Part shown: positions 45,382 to 50,379 of the stretch, one piece after another
Layout of the letters: each line of letters opens with the position of its first letter
Position numbering within the stretch: the first letter of the stretch is position 1
Source of the DNA: a virus
Lineage: Duplodnaviria; Caudoviricetes
Length of the DNA: 50,379 nt
Strand: one strand, 5' to 3'
Virus record (IMG/VR): IMGVR_UViG_3300035049_000200
Coordinates: 1 to 50,379 of that record
Translations under genes and position numbers: made by a program
The notes under the pieces: model-generated
The model's database searches: none
What the model was told of the DNA's origin: nothing
What the model saw: the letters and a program-made list of their open reading frames with translations, nothing else

Positions 45382-47009
45382 AGAAATTCAGGACAAAATA
45401 TCATAAATATCTATTTCAATTTGATTATAGCCCTTTTATAGTTGAAAAGGTTAAAGAAATTCAAGCTTCGCTTCCAGGGACTTGGAAGGATTTAAATTTT
45501 AACAAAGATGAGGAGCAGGTTAATACTGGTTGGGTATTTTCCTCCCTGGAAGCATACGATTTGATTTGTGAGGAGTTTGAACCCATAGTTGATACAACAG
45601 TCGAAGAAGAACTCGAAACGCTTAGAGAGGAAACTGAGGAGCAATTTAAGCGGGAAGAAAAAATAGCTGAGGTGAAAAACAAGAAATTGAAAACTGATTT
45701 GAAAATTCCAACCAAAATACCGCTATTTCCGTTCCAAGTTGAGGCGGTTGATTTCGTTGAGAAAGTCGGGGGAAGGGCTTTAATAGCGGATGACATGGGA
45801 ATGGGAAAAACAATTGAGGCGATTGGTTATGGGGTTTACAAGAGGTGTAATAGGGTTTTAGTGATTTGCCCTGCTTCTGTTAAAGGAAACTGGAGAAACG
45901 AAATAGAGAAATTCGGTGGGATAAAAGCTAACGTGCTGACTGAAACTGAAAATCGAGGCGGTTGGGAGATTATAGGCTACTCAAATTTGGATAAGTATTG
46001 GGACTATATTCGGAAAGAAGATTATCAATTAATTGTTGTGGATGAGTGCCATTATATTAAATCTAGGAAGGCTAAAAGAACTAAAAAAGTCTTGAGGTTA
46101 TTAAAAGGAGCTGAAGACACTATATTTTTAACAGGGACTCCAATTCTTAATAGACCAGCTGAAATTTATAACATTTTCAATTTTATAACTCCGATGGAAT
46201 TTTGGACTCCTAATGGATTCGGAGCAAGATATTGTGGGCTTACTCAAACACCTTACGGATATTGGGATTTTTCAGGCTCTTCTAATTTAGATGAATTAAA
46301 AGAGAGAATGAGTTGGATGATTAGAAGAAATAAAAAAGAAGTCCTAGAGCAGTTGCCAGATAAAACTATCAATGTTGTTGAGACTAAAATGAAGGACTGG
46401 TCAGAATATAAACAGATTCTGAAAGATTTCAAGGGTTGGATTAAAGAAAACGATTTAAATAAGAACGCTATTTACGCTGAAGCTCTTACTAAAGTTAGTT
46501 ACCTTAAACAGGTTGTTGTTAAAAACAAGGAGATTAAAGGAGAGTTAGACAACTTGCTGGAAGCTGGGAGGAAGGTTATAGTTTTTAGTCAGTATAAGAC
46601 AGTGATTAATGAATTGAGCAGGGATTATTTTAGTAAAAGTGTTATACTTACAGGAGACACTCCAGAATCAGAAAGACAAAAAAATGTTGATAGATTTCAA
46701 TCTGATGATTCTTGTAAAGTATTTTTCTCAACAATTAAAGCAGGGGGCGTTGGGATTACTTTAACTGAAGCTGATGTAGTTTTATTTACTGATTTATCTT
46801 GGACTCCAGCTGACCACGAGCAAGCGGAAGATAGAGCTTACAGAATTGGTCAAAAGAACAATGTTAATGTTTATTATTTAATAACTCCGAAAACCATTGA
46901 AGAGAAAATTTGGAAAATGTTGAAACGGAAGGAAACTATGATTAAGAAAATTATGGAGGGTGAAAAAGCTAGAAAAGTCCATATTAAGACATTAATAAAG
47001 AATTTATGA
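45372..47009 (+). CDS. SNF2-family helicase (SMARCAL1/HARP-like)
   Basis: ADDMGMGKT, DECH, LTGTP, GVGITLT, QAEDRAYRIGQ. Confidence 0.95.
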   Translation: MQIKKFRTKYHKYLFQFDYSPFIVEKVKEIQASLPGTWKDLNFNKDEEQVNTGWVFSSLEAYDLICEEFEPIVDTTVEEELETLREETEEQFKREEKIAEVKNKKLKTDLKIPTKIPLFPFQVEAVDFVEKVGGRALIADDMGMGKTIEAIGYGVYKRCNRVLVICPASVKGNWRNEIEKFGGIKANVLTETENRGGWEIIGYSNLDKYWDYIRKEDYQLIVVDECHYIKSRKAKRTKKVLRLLKGAEDTIFLTGTPILNRPAEIYNIFNFITPMEFWTPNGFGARYCGLTQTPYGYWDFSGSSNLDELKERMSWMIRRNKKEVLEQLPDKTINVVETKMKDWSEYKQILKDFKGWIKENDLNKNAIYAEALTKVSYLKQVVVKNKEIKGELDNLLEAGRKVIVFSQYKTVINELSRDYFSKSVILTGDTPESERQKNVDRFQSDDSCKVFFSTIKAGGVGITLTEADVVLFTDLSWTPADHEQAEDRAYRIGQKNNVNVYYLITPKTIEEKIWKMLKRKETMIKKIMEGEKARKVHIKTLIKNL

Positions 47010-47212
47010 GAGAAAAAGACCTAAAACTCTATGATATTCCAGAAAAGAGTAAAATATATGAGAAGGTTCTTGATGGGAGTAGTTATTTCATTTTTGACCA
47101 TTTAGATGGGATGTATAGTTATTGTATATCTGAAAAAGGGGCGGTGATTCATTTAAGTGCTTCTGCACCATTGAGAAAATATAAAGATGGTTTCAAATTT
47201 AGAGAAAAATAA
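47006..47212 (+). CDS. Hypothetical protein
   Basis: FDHLDGMYSYC; ATGA overlap. Confidence 0.7.
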   Translation: MREKDLKLYDIPEKSKIYEKVLDGSSYFIFDHLDGMYSYCISEKGAVIHLSASAPLRKYKDGFKFREK

Positions 47213-47418
47213 TGAAAGTTTGTTCAAAGTGTAAAAAAACAAAGTTTTTAAGTGATTTTTATAACGACTCAAGATATAAAGATGGAAAAACCTGTTATTG
47301 TAAAGAGTGTCAGAATAAGTCAGCCAAAAAATCCTTGAATAAAATAGACCCAAGAGAAGAATTAATTAAAGAGGGCGAAGAAAATATAAGGAAGATTATT
47401 CAAAGATATGGTCATTAA
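47212..47418 (+). CDS. Zn-binding protein (like the N-terminal finger of HNH/EndoVII proteins)
   Basis: CSKCKKTK.LSDFY...DG...CKEC. Confidence 0.75.
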   Translation: MKVCSKCKKTKFLSDFYNDSRYKDGKTCYCKECQNKSAKKSLNKIDPREELIKEGEENIRKIIQRYGH

Positions 47419-47433
47419 TTTTAAATAAAATTT

Positions 47434-47631
47434 ATGTATGAACCAAAAATTAAGATTATTTCAACTAAAGATTGCAAAACAGTAGAGGATATTGAGAATT
47501 TATTCAATAGAGAGTTGGAGAATTTGTCGGGTAGCTTAGATGGAAATTTTAAATATTATTATCAGATTCAAGATATTAAGAAAATGTCGATTGGAGGGGA
47601 AGAGGTATTTTTAATAATTTATGAAAAATAA
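47434..47631 (+). CDS. Hypothetical protein
   Basis: Packed ORF. Confidence 0.65.
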   Translation: MYEPKIKIISTKDCKTVEDIENLFNRELENLSGSLDGNFKYYYQIQDIKKMSIGGEEVFLIIYEK

Positions 47632-47834
47632 TGTCAAAAGTTAAAGTAAAACAAGAAATCTCTCTTGAAGACTTAGAGCGGTCTGTAAACGCTTTGGAAC
47701 ATTTTATAGAAGAGACTACATCTTCTCTTGATAATGCAGTTGATAGGTTAGATAATGTTAAAAAGATGACTATGTTGTTAATAAAACAACGGGATGATTT
47801 AGAATTAAAAGAAAAAAATGGACAAGATAATTAA
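47631..47834 (+). CDS. Coiled-coil hypothetical protein
   Basis: TAATG coupling. Confidence 0.65.
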   Translation: MSKVKVKQEISLEDLERSVNALEHFIEETTSSLDNAVDRLDNVKKMTMLLIKQRDDLELKEKNGQDN

Positions 47835-48087
47835 TGTTATAATTGGGATTTTAGGTTTTGTTAGTATAGTTGCGGTTATGATTTTTGCGTATTGGGTGTT
47901 TTGGTTGATGTTTAAGATTGTTACTGAGGTTGACACACCTAAAGAACAGCCCAAAGAGCAAAAAGTTTTTGTTTCAGAAAGACTTGAAGAATGTGAAAAT
48001 AAAGGCGGGAGGTATAGTTTATTTTATGTTGATGGGGAATATTTAGAAAGTTGTAAAACTGAAGAAGTTAGATTTGATGACTTTTAA
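47818..48087 (+). CDS. Membrane-anchored protein
   Basis: N-terminal TM; C..KGG...C. Confidence 0.7.
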   Translation: MDKIINVIIGILGFVSIVAVMIFAYWVFWLMFKIVTEVDTPKEQPKEQKVFVSERLEECENKGGRYSLFYVDGEYLESCKTEEVRFDDF

Positions 48088-48103
48088 AAATTAAAATAAA
48101 ACT

Positions 48104-48313
48104 ATGGGCTATGGCGGTCAACAAAATCAAGATTTCCTTTATATGCTTCATCAATGCAAACATTGTGGTGATTGGTTAAATGACAAAGGATTTGTTAATT
48201 TAACAAGAAATCCTAAAATCAAAACTAAGAGAGGGGTTTATTGTAATAATTGTCGAACAGCCCTTATGAGAGCTAAGATGGATAAAGAAAATAAGAATTT
48301 ATTTAAAAAGTAA
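48104..48313 (+). CDS. Zinc-finger protein
   Basis: CKHC...CNNC. Confidence 0.7.
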   Translation: MGYGGQQNQDFLYMLHQCKHCGDWLNDKGFVNLTRNPKIKTKRGVYCNNCRTALMRAKMDKENKNLFKK

Positions 48314-48546
48314 TGAGAGAAGGTATTAAGAGATTTAAAAAAAGACCAATGGAAGTTGAGGCTATTCAATGGGATGGTCTTATAGAACCAACTTTAGCCG
48401 AGATAGCTTTGTGGTGTGATGAATCTTGGGCAGATGAAAGTATGCTTGGGGATGACTGTAGTTTGATTATTCCTAATCTCCAACAACGACTGGAATTTTT
48501 TAATAGAAATTTTGCTGATGTTGCCAGCTTGGATTATACTTTTTAA
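48313..48546 (+). pseudogene. 5' half of the PGDYG-like gene fused to unrelated sequence at 48475
   Basis: FKKRPMEVEAIQWDG N-terminus; loses the TLEG..GEFYPC C-terminus present at 106-221. Confidence 0.7.
48371..48475. repeat. Direct repeat copy 2 of bases 1-105
   Basis: Read directly. Confidence 0.95.
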
Positions 48547-48561
48547 CTTTAACGATATAAA

Positions 48562-49041
48562 ATGAAAACAATAATTTTAGAGGGAAACAAAGTCCAAGTC
48601 TCAGACGAAAGCTTTGAGGCATTAAAAAAGAGTTTGATTAAAGAGGAGAGGTGGGTGCCAGAATATGAGGATGATTATTTTTATGTTGATAATATGGGAG
48701 ATAAAGAACATTCTACTTGGCAAGTTTTTAGTTCTGATTACTTCCGCCTTGGTCAAAACAACGTCTTTAAAACCGAAGAAGAAGCCGAAGCCCACGCCAA
48801 AAAACTCCACGCTATCTCTAAAATAACTAACTACTGCTGGGAGAATGGGTTGGCTAAGGAGTGGGTAGCCGGGGAAGAGAATTGGTATATTTTTTGGGAT
48901 TCAAGGACAAAAGATTTTTATATTAGCTGGAATACAAAGGAAAAAGCGTTATTTATATTACCTTACCTAAAATCAAAAGAAGCCTGCATAGAAGTTATTG
49001 AAAAATTTGAAGATGAATTAAAGTTAATTTTTGAGGTATAA
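48562..49041 (+). CDS. Conserved phage hypothetical protein
   Basis: W.P..YFY...D..R...NVFKTEEEA...Y.KSKEAC..VI pattern. Confidence 0.8.
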   Translation: MKTIILEGNKVQVSDESFEALKKSLIKEERWVPEYEDDYFYVDNMGDKEHSTWQVFSSDYFRLGQNNVFKTEEEAEAHAKKLHAISKITNYCWENGLAKEWVAGEENWYIFWDSRTKDFYISWNTKEKALFILPYLKSKEACIEVIEKFEDELKLIFEV

Positions 49042-49058
49042 TAAATAAAGAAAACAAG

Positions 49059-49586
49059 ATGTTTTACAACAAATTAAAAAAAATTTTAGAGTATAAAGAC
49101 CACGTGATGGTTAGAAGAGAGGATGGAAATTATTGTGTGTTTTCAAGTGTTAAAGATGAGGAAGGAAATTTTAGAGTTAGTAGTTGGTATTACAGGGAAT
49201 GTGCTAAAAAGTATATAGCTGATTGTTATGGTGAGGGTAAGGAGTATATAAACAGACTCGCCAAAGAACAAAACTGGCAAATAGTAGAAATGTGGGACAA
49301 CCCAAAAAAGCGGTTTCACCCTGGAGACAAAGTCAAAATAGCAGATAATGCGAAGGAGTTGTGTGAGGAGATTGGTTTGGATTGGGATAAAACTAAACAA
49401 GCAATAATTGGCATGGTTTGCGAGGTTGATGAAAACGACGGAGGTGATTATTGGGTTAAAGATGAAGAAGACAATTCTTGGCTTTTCCCCCACTCAGCTC
49501 TAGAACCTGTATTTGACGAAAAAGAAGATAAAATGCAAGAAGCTATGGAGTTACTTAAAAAGAATGGTTATAAAATAATAAAATAA
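49059..49586 (+). CDS. Hypothetical protein with an SH3-like domain
   Basis: FHPGDKVKI...IGMVCEV...YWV...WLFP..ALE. Confidence 0.75.
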   Translation: MFYNKLKKILEYKDHVMVRREDGNYCVFSSVKDEEGNFRVSSWYYRECAKKYIADCYGEGKEYINRLAKEQNWQIVEMWDNPKKRFHPGDKVKIADNAKELCEEIGLDWDKTKQAIIGMVCEVDENDGGDYWVKDEEDNSWLFPHSALEPVFDEKEDKMQEAMELLKKNGYKIIK

Positions 49587-49590
49587 ATTT

Positions 49591-49722
49591 ATGAAAATAA
49601 TTAAATACAAGTTAATCCCTTTTTGGAAGGGAACGGAGGTAGCCCCAGATAATTATGTTTTGATAAAAAAAATAAAAATATTTGGTGTTGTGTTGTTTTA
49701 TTTGTCTAAAATTAAAGAATAA
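49591..49722 (+). CDS. 43-aa hypothetical protein
   Basis: MKIIKYKLIPFWKG...; fills the gap. Confidence 0.5.
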   Translation: MKIIKYKLIPFWKGTEVAPDNYVLIKKIKIFGVVLFYLSKIKE

Positions 49723-49724
49723 TA

Positions 49725-49976
49725 ATGTTAAAAGAATTCACAATAAAAGTAAAAATGGAAAACAGATGGATTCCTCACTTCCTTGGAATGCTAAAGGCAA
49801 TGCAGATACTCGGTGGAATAGGTTCAAGCAGATGGATAAAATTTTATGCAGATGGGGATGGAGATTTTCGACCAAAATTTGAAACAGATATAAAGATTGA
49901 ACCAGTCGAGGTTAAAATTGGAAGTAAACAAGAAGGCTGGAATGGTGAGGTGAAAACCGAGTTTGATGCAGGTTAA
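49725..49976 (+). CDS. Conserved phage protein (G.SR...FYADGDGDFRP)
   Basis: Motif recognised from phage hypotheticals. Confidence 0.75.
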   Translation: MLKEFTIKVKMENRWIPHFLGMLKAMQILGGIGSSRWIKFYADGDGDFRPKFETDIKIEPVEVKIGSKQEGWNGEVKTEFDAG

Positions 49977-50005
49977 ATAAAAGTTTAAATAATTAAAGAA
50001 TAAAG

Positions 50006-50242
50006 ATGATTTGTAAAATATGCAACAAGGAAGTTCCGGGCGATGGGTATTGCGGGGAACACTCATCAGGCGGGTCTAATTATTCAGAAGAATTAGAAAA
50101 ATGTTATGATATTATTGAAAACCTTAAAGTTACTGAAGCTTGGGAAAAGTTAACTGATTATTTTTTTGAAAAATACCATATGAATAAAGATGAAGTAACT
50201 GATTATTTTATAGATAATTTTATTAAAATTAACAAAATATGA
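50006..50242 (+). CDS. Small Zn-finger protein
   Basis: CKIC...YCGEH. Confidence 0.65.
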   Translation: MICKICNKEVPGDGYCGEHSSGGSNYSEELEKCYDIIENLKVTEAWEKLTDYFFEKYHMNKDEVTDYFIDNFIKINKI

Positions 50243-50379
50243 TTAATCTGACAAAAAGACAAAAAGAAATATATGATTTTTATTGGAATAAAGATAATTG
50301 GAAATTAGTTCCTCCGACATTTGTTGATGTGAAAAAGAAGTTTGGATTCAAAAGTAATCAGACAGTAGCTGGACATATA
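50239..50379 (+). CDS. LexA-type DNA-binding domain protein, truncated by the window end
   Basis: LTKRQKEIYDF...PPTFVDVKKKFGFKSNQTVAGHI. Confidence 0.8.
   Translation, partial: MINLTKRQKEIYDFYWNKDNWKLVPPTFVDVKKKFGFKSNQTVAGHI

Noticed and set aside
108-50066. Minus-strand ORFs and nested alternate-frame ORFs in the track
   Set aside because: All are shadows of better-supported + strand genes, with S/F/L-rich antisense composition

Overview
Near-complete genome of an AT-rich tailed (podovirus-like) dsDNA phage. Every credible gene is on the + strand. Bases 1-105 recur at 48371-48475, so the unit length is probably about 48.37 kb, and 48476-50379 appears to come from a variant or chimeric path. 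Layout: nucleases, a C5 methylase and small genes (1-7.6 kb), including an M23 peptidase whose halves are in swapped (circularly permuted) order; a promoter-rich cluster of small early-type genes (7.6-11.5 kb); a 1.1-kb non-coding control region with structured RNA candidates, an NrdR-box-like palindrome and a dif-like 11-6-11 site (11.5-12.6 kb); packaging, head, tail and ejection genes ending in a 2037-aa polyvalent protein and a putative holin (12.6-37.8 kb); and DNA-metabolism genes (PD-(D/E)XK exonuclease, SSB-like, HIT, PNK-type phosphatase, RHH, DUF559, RNase HI, SNF2 helicase; 37.9-47 kb). I see no DNA polymerase, primase, integrase, reverse transcriptase, tRNA or CRISPR array. Consensus TTGACA/TAnnnT promoters combined with mostly SD-less, A-rich start contexts suggest a CPR/Patescibacteria-like host (inference). 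The most interesting signals are a roughly 520-nt promoter-driven structured RNA candidate upstream of RHH-DUF559-RNase H-SNF2, a kissing-loop RNA after the capsid gene, the dif-like site and the permuted M23 enzyme. All assignments come from reading motifs and base-pairing by eye; no searches or folding programs were run.
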